Positions 56,462-64,000 of a stretch of 64,000 nucleotides of DNA are shown here, piece after piece (position 1 is the first letter of the stretch; each line of letters starts with the position of its first letter). Under the pieces are notes generated by a model that worked only from the letters and a program-made list of their open reading frames with translations, searched no databases and was not told the DNA's origin. The position numbers were made by a program, and so were the translations under genes. Origin of the DNA: Candidatus Kaiserbacteria bacterium. GTDB taxonomy: Bacteria; Patescibacteriota; Minisyncoccia; Phycocordibacterales; Phycocordibacteraceae. The stretch lies in assembly GCA_016194455.1 (NCBI GenBank), contig JACQBN010000018.1, positions 10,669 to 74,668 on the forward strand, read 5' to 3'.

Positions 56462-57466
56462 TCACAGCAGACTTTCACCCCCGAGGTAGTTCCGGCCCCG
56501 CGGCGTGAGCATGCGCCCGCGCGGGGACCGCTCGATGAGGCCAAGCCGCAAGAGGTAGGGCTCGTACACATGTTCCATTGTGTCGGCCTCCTCGTGCAAG
56601 CTCGCCGCGAGCGCGCGCACCCCTGCGGGCCCGCCGCGGAAGCTCTTGTGCAATGCCTCAAGATAGCGCCGGTCGTCCTTGGTGAGGCCGAGCGCGTCGA
56701 TGCCGAAGAGCTCAAAAGCTCTCTCTAAAAGCCCGGTCGAAAGCGGAAGCTCGTGTACCTCGGAGAAGTCGCGTACCCGCTTGAGGAGCGCGTTCGCCAC
56801 TCTTGGAGTCGCGCGGCTCCGGGCCGCGACCCGCTCTATGACCTCCTCGGGCGTCGAGAGTCCGAGCAATCTCGCCGAGCGGCGGATGATGTCGCGCAGA
56901 TCTTCCTCGCTGTAGAAATCAAGCTGGTAGGTACCGCCCCCGAAGCGGGAGCGTAGGGGGCCGGAGAGCTCCGCCACCCGCGTCGTCGCGCCCACGAGTG
57001 TGAAGGGCGGGAGCGCGAGCTCCACCGTGCGCGCCGAAGGGCCCTTGCCGAGCACGATATCGAGATGTCCGGACTCAAGCGCCGGGTAAAGGAGTTCTTC
57101 GATTTTGCGCGAGAGGCGGTGGATCTCGTCAATAAAAAGAACGGTACCAGGCTCAAGATTGGTCAGAATCGCGGCAAGGTCGGCCGCGCGCTCGATCGCC
57201 ACTCCGGAGGTACTCTTCAGCTGTGCGCCGAGAGTCAGGGCGACCAGGTGTGCAAGCGTCGTCTTGCCGACCCCGGGCGGGCCGTAGAAGAGCAGGTGCT
57301 CGGGCATGCCCCCGCGTTTCTTGGCGGCATCGATCGCGATGCGGACGTTCGCTTTGACCTGCTTCTGGCCGACGTATTCCTCCCAGCGCGCGGGGCGGAG
57401 CGTCGCGTCGAGTGCCTCAAACGGCTCTTGGCGACGGGACCCTTGGGCCTTGCGAGGGGTTGACAT
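56462..57466 (-). CDS. ruvB: Holliday junction branch migration ATPase RuvB
   Basis: LRP..W.EYVGQ, GPPGVGKTT, FIDEIHRL, GATTR, EPYL. Confidence 0.97.
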   Translation of the reverse strand: MSTPRKAQGSRRQEPFEALDATLRPARWEEYVGQKQVKANVRIAIDAAKKRGGMPEHLLFYGPPGVGKTTLAHLVALTLGAQLKSTSGVAIERAADLAAILTNLEPGTVLFIDEIHRLSRKIEELLYPALESGHLDIVLGKGPSARTVELALPPFTLVGATTRVAELSGPLRSRFGGGTYQLDFYSEEDLRDIIRRSARLLGLSTPEEVIERVAARSRATPRVANALLKRVRDFSEVHELPLSTGLLERAFELFGIDALGLTKDDRRYLEALHKSFRGGPAGVRALAASLHEEADTMEHVYEPYLLRLGLIERSPRGRMLTPRGRNYLGGESLL

Positions 57467-57488
57467 AAAAATGATGCAGTGCTAACAT
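57460..57488 (+). promoter_or_regulatory. Near-consensus sigma70 promoter with extended -10
   Basis: TTGACA (57460)-17 nt-TAACAT (57483), preceded by TGn. Confidence 0.75.
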
Positions 57489-57494
57489 CTTATC

Positions 57495-57668
57495 ACAGAT
57501 TTTTGATCCTGTTCATACTCCTCTAGGCAAGGCTTGACGGCTTCGGGCGTTTCCCCAAGGATTTTCTGGTACGCAACTTCGGTTGCGCTTGCTGGAATGT
57601 TCCTCAGGTGTCTCGTCCACGCACTGCTTCGGCAGGGTGATCGCCTGGAGGATTATGGACGGGATTAG
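57495..57668 (+). ncRNA. Putative structured ncRNA, 6S RNA-like
   Basis: 14-bp closing stem 57504-57517/57654-57667 with G-U pairs, long irregular rod, three CTTCGG motifs, upstream promoter, no ORF in the track. Confidence 0.7.
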
Positions 57669-58183
57669 TGTTTTAAAACAATCGCCGCCGCTTTCTTGTA
57701 TACCTCATCCGCATTTAGTTTTTCGGCGTCGATAACCACAGCGCGCGGCCTATTCGGGATTAGTCTCTGCGTACTATGCCAAAACTCCTCAACCCGTTTT
57801 GGAGTCAGCAAACCGCCCTCTCGGAATCCCCGTTCGTGGGCGCGTTGCGTGACCGTTTCTTTGGTTGCGTTGAGAATAAATTCGTAGACCGTTGCGCCGC
57901 ATTCCTCTCCAACCCTTTCCAATGCGTCGAGCTTGTCTCCCGTGTCGAGAATTATCTTATCGATAATGACATCATGCCCGGCCTCTAAATAAGTTCTCGT
58001 AGCTGCGAAACAAAATGCAAAGGAAAGCTCATAACTTTTCTTCCGATGTTCACGGTATCCGCTTATGAGTCGCCGCTGCGCGTCGATGTCGAGGAGCAGC
58101 GAAAGAGGCATCGCCTTGTATAAACGCTCGGCGAGCGTCGACTTGCCGATCCCCGACGGCCCGTTGATGATGACCAGTTTCAT
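57665..58183 (-). CDS. P-loop nucleotide kinase-like protein
   Basis: IINGPSGIGKST, GHDVIID. Confidence 0.85.
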   Translation of the reverse strand: MKLVIINGPSGIGKSTLAERLYKAMPLSLLLDIDAQRRLISGYREHRKKSYELSFAFCFAATRTYLEAGHDVIIDKIILDTGDKLDALERVGEECGATVYEFILNATKETVTQRAHERGFREGGLLTPKRVEEFWHSTQRLIPNRPRAVVIDAEKLNADEVYKKAAAIVLKH

Positions 58184-59863
58184 TTATACCCGCGGGAGAT
58201 CGACGGTTGCGGCGACTTCGGCAAGCGAGGTGATGCCCGCGAGCGCTTTGACGATTCCGTCTTGCGCCATCGTAAGGTAGCCCTGCTTCGCTGCCGCTTT
58301 CACGATTTCGCCCGAGGGAGGATTATCGCGGAGGAACTGCGCGAGCTCGTCGTCCATGAATATCGCTTCGTAAAGCCCGATACGCCCTTTGTAGCCAGTC
58401 TCCCCGCTTTCGGGGGAGTCGGGGCCGGGCTCCCAGACGGTTTCTCTTTTTTCGGGTATCAGTGTTTTATCGGCAAGTGAGGAGAACACTTTTTCAATCA
58501 TCTTTTTCTCCCCCGTGGTGAGCGGACGCTCTTTCCGTTTGTTCGGGTCGAGCTTGCGCACCAGCCGCTGCGCCATCGAGACGGTGATCGCGGAGCCGAA
58601 TGACTTCGGATCCGCGCCGAGATCAACGAGGCGGGGGAAGGTCCCCGCGGCGTCGTTGGTGTGGAGGGTGGAGAAGACGAAGTGCCCGGTCAAGGCCGCT
58701 TGGATCGCGATGTTGGCGGTGTCGCCGTCGCGGATCTCGCCCACCATAATCACGTCCGGGTCCTGCCGGACGATGGAGCGCAGCCCTTCGGCGAACGTAT
58801 ATTTTTTCCCTTCCACCTGCGTCTGCACAATACCCTCAAGGTGGTACTCCACCGGGTCTTCAATGGTGATCACTTTTATCTCGGGGGTATGGATCTCGCG
58901 GAGAAATGAGTAGAGCGTCGTTGTCTTGCCGCTCCCCGTCGGGCCGGTGGTGAGGAGCATCCCGTTTGCCCTCCTGATCTCGGCCTCGAGCCGCGCGAGG
59001 AGCTTCGCGGGGATGCCAAGCTCGCGGAATGAAATCTTCGTCGTCTCAGGGTCGAGGATCCGGAGCACGATCGACTCGCCGTAGTTGCCGGGGATGAAAG
59101 AGGCACGGATCTCCACCTGCATCTCTCCGCGGGTGACGCTGAAGCGCCCGTCCTGCGCGCGGTCTGCGATATTCAGCTTCACGCCCGCAAGGAGCTTGAT
59201 GCGCGAGTTGAGGAGACGGTAGGTCGCGGGGTCGAAGAAGTAAGCGTCGGTCAAGAGGCCGTCGATCCGGAGCCGCAGTTTGGTCCGCGCCTCCTCGGGT
59301 TCAAAATGGATGTCGGAGGCGCGAAGCCCTGCCGAGCTTGCAAAGAGCGCTTCTAGGATGCGCGAGATTCGGTCGAGTGATTTCTCCGCGGCCGCGGCGT
59401 CGAGCGCGCTCCGGAGCGCCGAGAGTTTGGTCGTCGCGCTCGCAAGCGCGGTGTAGGCCTCTTGCGGAATTTCAAAAACGCCGGCCCTCGATTCTGTTGC
59501 GAGCGAGAGGTCATGGTAGCGCCCGAGTGCCTTCTCCAAACTTTTCTTTGATACCAGAAATTGCTTCACGACAAAACCGCCCTGCTCCAGCTCTTTGAGG
59601 AGCGGCGCAAGCGCCGCGTTCCCCGGGTTATGCACCGCGAGCGAGAGATGCTTCGCGGTCCGGTCGAAGGGGACTGCCTCAGCCCTCTTCGCCTTCGCCT
59701 CATTCGTTGCCCGGAGCGCCTCGGCATCTATTTGCTTCAGCGAGAGGTCGGCATAGGGCATGCCATATTTCTCCGAGAGGATGCGCGCGACATCCTCCTC
59801 CTCACGCTCGCGCACGCCCGCGAGCGCCGCTTCCTCAGTTCTTGGGTCAAACGGGAGATCCAT
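58184..59863 (-). CDS. PilB/GspE-family ATPase (copy 2)
   Basis: ASDIHFEP, AQDGRF, GPTGSGKTTTLY, RQDPDVIMVGEIRD. Confidence 0.93.
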   Translation of the reverse strand: MDLPFDPRTEEAALAGVREREEEDVARILSEKYGMPYADLSLKQIDAEALRATNEAKAKRAEAVPFDRTAKHLSLAVHNPGNAALAPLLKELEQGGFVVKQFLVSKKSLEKALGRYHDLSLATESRAGVFEIPQEAYTALASATTKLSALRSALDAAAAEKSLDRISRILEALFASSAGLRASDIHFEPEEARTKLRLRIDGLLTDAYFFDPATYRLLNSRIKLLAGVKLNIADRAQDGRFSVTRGEMQVEIRASFIPGNYGESIVLRILDPETTKISFRELGIPAKLLARLEAEIRRANGMLLTTGPTGSGKTTTLYSFLREIHTPEIKVITIEDPVEYHLEGIVQTQVEGKKYTFAEGLRSIVRQDPDVIMVGEIRDGDTANIAIQAALTGHFVFSTLHTNDAAGTFPRLVDLGADPKSFGSAITVSMAQRLVRKLDPNKRKERPLTTGEKKMIEKVFSSLADKTLIPEKRETVWEPGPDSPESGETGYKGRIGLYEAIFMDDELAQFLRDNPPSGEIVKAAAKQGYLTMAQDGIVKALAGITSLAEVAATVDLPRV

Positions 59864-59971
59864 AGAGTTGCTGCCGCTTATGATAGCACCGTGATGTGGG
59901 GATAACGCCGATTGACAGCCTAAGCTACAGGAGTACGCTTCTGGGCAGACAGAGAAAGGAGGGTCCGCCCC

Positions 59972-60436
59972 ATGAAGAATCTGTTTGTGGCAGCCATCGC
60001 TGCCCTCACCCTAGCCTTCGCAGCTCTTTTCGCCCCGACTTCGGCCGCTGCCCAAGGCTACGGGTCCTACGGATACGGATACGGGTACGGACAAGATCCG
60101 TATAGCTACGGCTATTCGTACCACCGCTCGCCTGAGTACCGCTATCCCGTCTGGGTCTGCGTCTACGATTATCGTCTTTGGACCCAGCGCCTGCAGCCGG
60201 AGCTCCGCTTCTACGATCGGCCTCTCGACTCGCAGTCCTGTTACGGGAACAACTATTACGACCCGTGGTTCTTCCGTTTCGATTTCGATCGCGATGATTT
60301 CGACCGCGACCGGGACCGTGACCACGACAACGATCGCGGCCATCACGATCGTGACGATCACGGCAATTGGGGCAATCGCAATCCCGGCAGCCATGACAAT
60401 CACGGCGACCACGACCGGCACCCCGGACATCCCTAA
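59972..60436 (+). CDS. Secreted low-complexity protein (Tyr/Gly-rich, then Asp/Arg/His-rich)
   Basis: Signal peptide; TTGACA-16-TACGCT promoter, AGGAGG SD, terminator 60449-60479. Confidence 0.75.
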   Translation: MKNLFVAAIAALTLAFAALFAPTSAAAQGYGSYGYGYGYGQDPYSYGYSYHRSPEYRYPVWVCVYDYRLWTQRLQPELRFYDRPLDSQSCYGNNYYDPWFFRFDFDRDDFDRDRDRDHDNDRGHHDRDDHGNWGNRNPGSHDNHGDHDRHPGHP

Positions 60437-60496
60437 GCACCGCTTGCGCGCCCCCTCCTCCGAGGGGGCGTTTTCTTTTACGCTACACTCCGTTAT

Positions 60497-60940
60497 ATGC
60501 AGAAGGTGGTGAAGGATCTGACAGAGCTTGAGAGCGAGGCGAAGCACCTGCTCGCGCGCCTCGCGCTGCGAGCCGACGGAGCAACCCTGATCACGCTCTC
60601 GGGTGAACTCGGAGCGGGGAAAACAGCGCTCGCGAAGGCCCTTGCGCGAGCCCTCGGGATTACCGAGGTAGTGAGTAGTCCGACGTTTGTCTTAGAAAAA
60701 ATCTACCGCTTGCCCGCGGGCTCACCCTTCGCCCGCCTCGTACACATCGATGCATATCGGCTTGAATCCGGCGCCGAGCTCGCACCACTCGGGTTTGATG
60801 AAATCATGCAAGACCCCCACAGTCTCGTCATTCTTGAATGGCCGGAGCGCGTCGCGGACGCCCTCCCGCCTCCCGCACTCGCCATCTCACTTGTCGCCCT
60901 CCCCGACCACTCCCGCCAGGTTGAAATAGTGGCCGCTTGA
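60497..60940 (+). CDS. tsaE: tRNA t6A biosynthesis ATPase TsaE
   Basis: GELGAGKT, VSSPTF, HIDAYRL, LEWPE. Confidence 0.96.
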   Translation: MQKVVKDLTELESEAKHLLARLALRADGATLITLSGELGAGKTALAKALARALGITEVVSSPTFVLEKIYRLPAGSPFARLVHIDAYRLESGAELAPLGFDEIMQDPHSLVILEWPERVADALPPPALAISLVALPDHSRQVEIVAA

Positions 60941-61022
60941 CAGAAAACACAGCGTCTGTTAGGTTACTGACGAATGTTCCGAGCGGCCGGATATGCCGCG
61001 TTCAAAAAAGGAAACATCGGCC

Positions 61023-61433
61023 ATGCCGATCTATGGGATTCTAGTCGTGGCTCTCGCCCTTTCCGGCGCATTTCTCGCATTCCTTAGCGGCCGCCGATCA
61101 ACAAGGACTGATAGTGATGGGAAGGAGCTAGGGACAGTGTCGTTAGTATTCAGCGCAGGCAGTCTCGCTACCGGGCTCTTCATGACTGTCATGGTTGGGG
61201 CCGGTCTGCCAGCGCCGGTAGACAGAAACTTCGGGATGTTTACCGCAGAAGTCGTCTACAAGATCGAAGCGACCACTCCGGTACCAGACGGCTTCGCCTA
61301 TCTCATCAAGAAGGCGAACGACCCGGCAAGCAACGTCGTGCTCTACGAGTCAAGCACTCTGATCCCGGGCTGCTTCATGTACACTCCGGACGCTGACGTG
61401 CGCTTCACGCCGTCGTCCTTGTGCAAGCCCTGA
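61023..61433 (+). CDS. Orphan 2-TM membrane protein
   Basis: TTGACA-17-TAGGTT (60937-60965), AAGGA SD, terminator 61453-61479; alternative start 60993. Confidence 0.65.
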   Translation: MPIYGILVVALALSGAFLAFLSGRRSTRTDSDGKELGTVSLVFSAGSLATGLFMTVMVGAGLPAPVDRNFGMFTAEVVYKIEATTPVPDGFAYLIKKANDPASNVVLYESSTLIPGCFMYTPDADVRFTPSSLCKP

Positions 61434-61510
61434 CAAACTCCTCTCGATGAACGCCGCGGAGGCAACTCCGCGGCTTTTTCTATATTTAAGAAGGCAGGTA
61501 CAATAGGGGA

Positions 61511-63907
61511 GTGGAGAGGAAACGGCTGGTGCTTTTAGACGCGCACGCGATCATCCATCGCGCGTATCACGCGCTCCCGGAGTTCACCGGGCCCGAGGGG
61601 CAGCCCACCGGCGCTCTCTACGGCCTCGTCTCAATGTTACTTGGGATTATCACCGAGCTTAAGCCCGATTATCTCGCCGCCTGCTACGACCTCCCCGGCC
61701 CCACCATTCGCCACGAGGCGTACGAAGCCTACAAGGGCACGCGCGCCAAGACCGAGGACGCGCTCGTCGCACAATTAAAGAGTTCGCGCAAAGTCTTTGA
61801 AGCGTTTGCCATCCCCTGTTACGAGCGTGCCGGCTTCGAGGCCGATGACCTGCTCGGCACCATCGCCCTGAAGATGCGGAGCGAGAAAAATATAGACGTC
61901 GTCATCGCCTCGGGCGACATGGACACCCTCCAACTCGTGGCCGACCGCCGCGTGATGGTCTATACGCTGAAGCGGGGCTTGAGCGAGACTATTCTCTACG
62001 ACGAGAAGGCGGTGGAGAAGCGCTTCGGCTTCCTGCCCGCCCTCATTCCCGACTACAAGGGGCTCCGCGGTGACCCTTCCGACAACATCAAGGGCGTGCC
62101 CGGAGTCGGCGAGAAGACCGCGAGCCAACTCGTCCAGAAGTTTGGCGCACTGGAGGGAATGTTTAAAAAATTAAAGAAGAGCGAGGAGCCGTTCGTCGCC
62201 GCTGGCATTAAGCCGCGGATGATCGCGCTCCTGAAGAAGCACGAGGAGGACGCGATTTTTTCGAAAATGCTCGCGACGATACGTACCGATGCGCCGATCG
62301 CGTTCGCGCTCCCCACGGAGCCCTGGCGCGCGGGCGTGGATGTGGAAAAGGTCGTGGCTTTGTGCGACGAGTTCGGGTTTCGTTCGTTACGAGCGCGAGT
62401 TCGGAATGTGCTCGGTGCAGGGGCGCAATTTGGTGGTTCCTCGGGTCCGCATGCCACAGAAGACCCAGACGAGGGCGCTGCGCCAAGGCAACCACACATT
62501 GCGCCCGCCCGCCTCGCTGAGGCAGCTGTGATGCTCTGGCTTATCTCATCAGAGTTCACCAATCCCTCGCTCGACGACATTCTTGCCTTCACCAGGCGCC
62601 GCACCTTCGACGAGGCATACGCAGAGCTCGCGATGCAGGTGAGCAAGCTCGGCCGCCTTCAAGACGTCTACGAGAAAATAGAGAAACCGCTCATTCCCGT
62701 CGTCCGCGCCATGGAACAGCATGGCGTGCTTATTGATCCCGCCGTGCTCGCGAAGCTTGCAAAGAATTACCGCACCGAGCTCGCCCTGCTTGAAAAGAAA
62801 ATCTATACAGCCGCGGGGCACGAATTCAACGTCGGTTCGCCCAAGCAGCTCGCGACCGTGCTTTTTGATGAAATGCGCCTGACGCCGCAGAAGCAGAAGA
62901 AGACACCGGGCGGCGAGCGCTCTACGCGCGAGAGCGAACTCGTGAAGATTCGCGAGCTCCACCCCATCATCGCTGCGATTCTTGACTATCGCGAGTTGAA
63001 AAAGCTTCTCTCTACGTATATTGAAACCATCCCGCCCCTTCTTGACTCTGAGCATCGGCTGCATGCCGAGTTCCTCCAGACGGGCACCACCACCGGCCGC
63101 ATGGCCTCCCAGAATCCAAACCTACAGAATATCCCGCTCCACTCCGAGCGCGGCAAGGCCATCCGCCACGCCTTCGTCGCGCCGCCCCACTTCACGCTCC
63201 TTGCGCTCGACTACTCGCAGATAGAACTGCGGCTCGCCGCGATTCTTTCGGGCGACGAGAAACTCTGCGAGATATTCCGCCACGGGCGCGACGTCCACAC
63301 GGAGGTCGCGGCAATGGTCTTCGGCGTTTCTCACGAAAAAGTGGATGCCGATATGCGGCGCAAGGCGAAAGTGATCAACTTCGGCATCCTCTACGGCATG
63401 GGCGCGAACGCGCTCCGCGCTCAGCTCGGCTCCACTACCGCAGAGGCCCATCAATTTCTTGAAGACTATTTCAAAACCTTCAAGACACTCGCGGAGTATC
63501 TGGAGACAACACGCGGCTTCGCGCGTAAACACGGCTACACCGAAACCCTATTTGGCCGCCGCCGCCAGTTCCCCGAGATGAAATCGCCGCTCCCGTATGT
63601 GCGGGCGCAGGCGGAGCGAATGGCGATCAACGCACCCTTGCAGGGCACCCAAGCAGATATCATCAAGCTCGCAATGGTGCAGGTGGACAAAATGCTCGAG
63701 CGAGAAAACGCGTCGGCAGATGCACATCTTTTGCTTCAAGTGCACGACGAGCTTGTCTACGAGATCCACACCGCGCGCATCGCTGAGCTTAGCGCGCACA
63801 TAAAAAAGATTATGGAGTCCGCGCTCAGGGCGGCTGAGACGCGCGGCGTGCTGATCCTTGCGGTGGGGAAGACAGGCCCCAACTGGGGCGACATGCAACC
63901 TCTATGA
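61511..63907 (+). CDS. polA: DNA polymerase I (5'-3' exonuclease plus polymerase; proofreading domain reduced)
   Basis: LLDAHAIIHRAYHA, GDPSDNIKGV, DYSQIELR, AKVINFGILYG, LQVHDEL. Confidence 0.97.
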   Translation: MERKRLVLLDAHAIIHRAYHALPEFTGPEGQPTGALYGLVSMLLGIITELKPDYLAACYDLPGPTIRHEAYEAYKGTRAKTEDALVAQLKSSRKVFEAFAIPCYERAGFEADDLLGTIALKMRSEKNIDVVIASGDMDTLQLVADRRVMVYTLKRGLSETILYDEKAVEKRFGFLPALIPDYKGLRGDPSDNIKGVPGVGEKTASQLVQKFGALEGMFKKLKKSEEPFVAAGIKPRMIALLKKHEEDAIFSKMLATIRTDAPIAFALPTEPWRAGVDVEKVVALCDEFGFRSLRARVRNVLGAGAQFGGSSGPHATEDPDEGAAPRQPHIAPARLAEAAVMLWLISSEFTNPSLDDILAFTRRRTFDEAYAELAMQVSKLGRLQDVYEKIEKPLIPVVRAMEQHGVLIDPAVLAKLAKNYRTELALLEKKIYTAAGHEFNVGSPKQLATVLFDEMRLTPQKQKKTPGGERSTRESELVKIRELHPIIAAILDYRELKKLLSTYIETIPPLLDSEHRLHAEFLQTGTTTGRMASQNPNLQNIPLHSERGKAIRHAFVAPPHFTLLALDYSQIELRLAAILSGDEKLCEIFRHGRDVHTEVAAMVFGVSHEKVDADMRRKAKVINFGILYGMGANALRAQLGSTTAEAHQFLEDYFKTFKTLAEYLETTRGFARKHGYTETLFGRRRQFPEMKSPLPYVRAQAERMAINAPLQGTQADIIKLAMVQVDKMLERENASADAHLLLQVHDELVYEIHTARIAELSAHIKKIMESALRAAETRGVLILAVGKTGPNWGDMQPL

Positions 63908-64000
63908 TCTACCTTTTTTATGGCAGCGATAGCGAGAAAACGCGCCGGAAGGCATTTGAATGGGTGGAGAAGGCGAAAGCCAAGGAGCCCGACCTCGTGT
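63904..64000 (+). CDS. Probable DNA polymerase III delta subunit N-terminus (partial)
   Basis: MIYLFYGSDSEKTRRKA...; ATGA overlap with the polA stop. Confidence 0.55.
   Translation, partial: MIYLFYGSDSEKTRRKAFEWVEKAKAKEPDLV

Noticed and set aside
60290..60420. GACC/CGAT-rich repeats as a CRISPR array or VNTR
   Set aside because: No constant repeat-spacer structure; explained by Asp/Arg/His codons.
55891..63907. Short YebC and PolA with a reduced proofreading domain as pseudogenes
   Set aside because: Frames and key motifs are intact; consistent with streamlined orthologues.
1..64000. Alternative genetic code (TGA recoding as in some CPR lineages)
   Set aside because: Conserved genes are full length under code 11, and several end in TGA (e.g. 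rny, ruvB, polA).

Overview
GC-rich bacterial chromosomal segment around the replication origin (yidC-rnpA-rpmH-dnaA-dnaN at about 49-53 kb). Gene content suggests a Patescibacteria (CPR), Parcubacteria-type genome (inference): minimal metabolism (eno, tpiA, pgk), type IV pili, competence genes (split comEC, comM, yraN), a PrgI/VirB4 T4SS-like locus, and shortened PolA and YebC. Four tRNAs are present; no rRNA, CRISPR array, IS element or prophage was found. Main unexplained signals: (1) a 2-kb region overlaid on the CCA-adding enzyme gene with four parS-like palindromes, eight exact copies of AAAGGACA and a DnaA box at each end; (2) an unannotated ~170-nt rod-shaped RNA with C(UUCG)G motifs and a near-consensus sigma70 promoter next to ruvB, resembling 6S RNA; (3) an oriC-adjacent T4SS-like operon back-to-back with a large secreted lipase and a translationally coupled small membrane gene, a candidate effector-immunity pair with mosaic base composition; (4) two expression grammars, with leaderless core genes versus orphan genes carried as promoter-SD-ORF-terminator cassettes. 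All calls come from reading motifs by eye; no database searches or folding programs were run.
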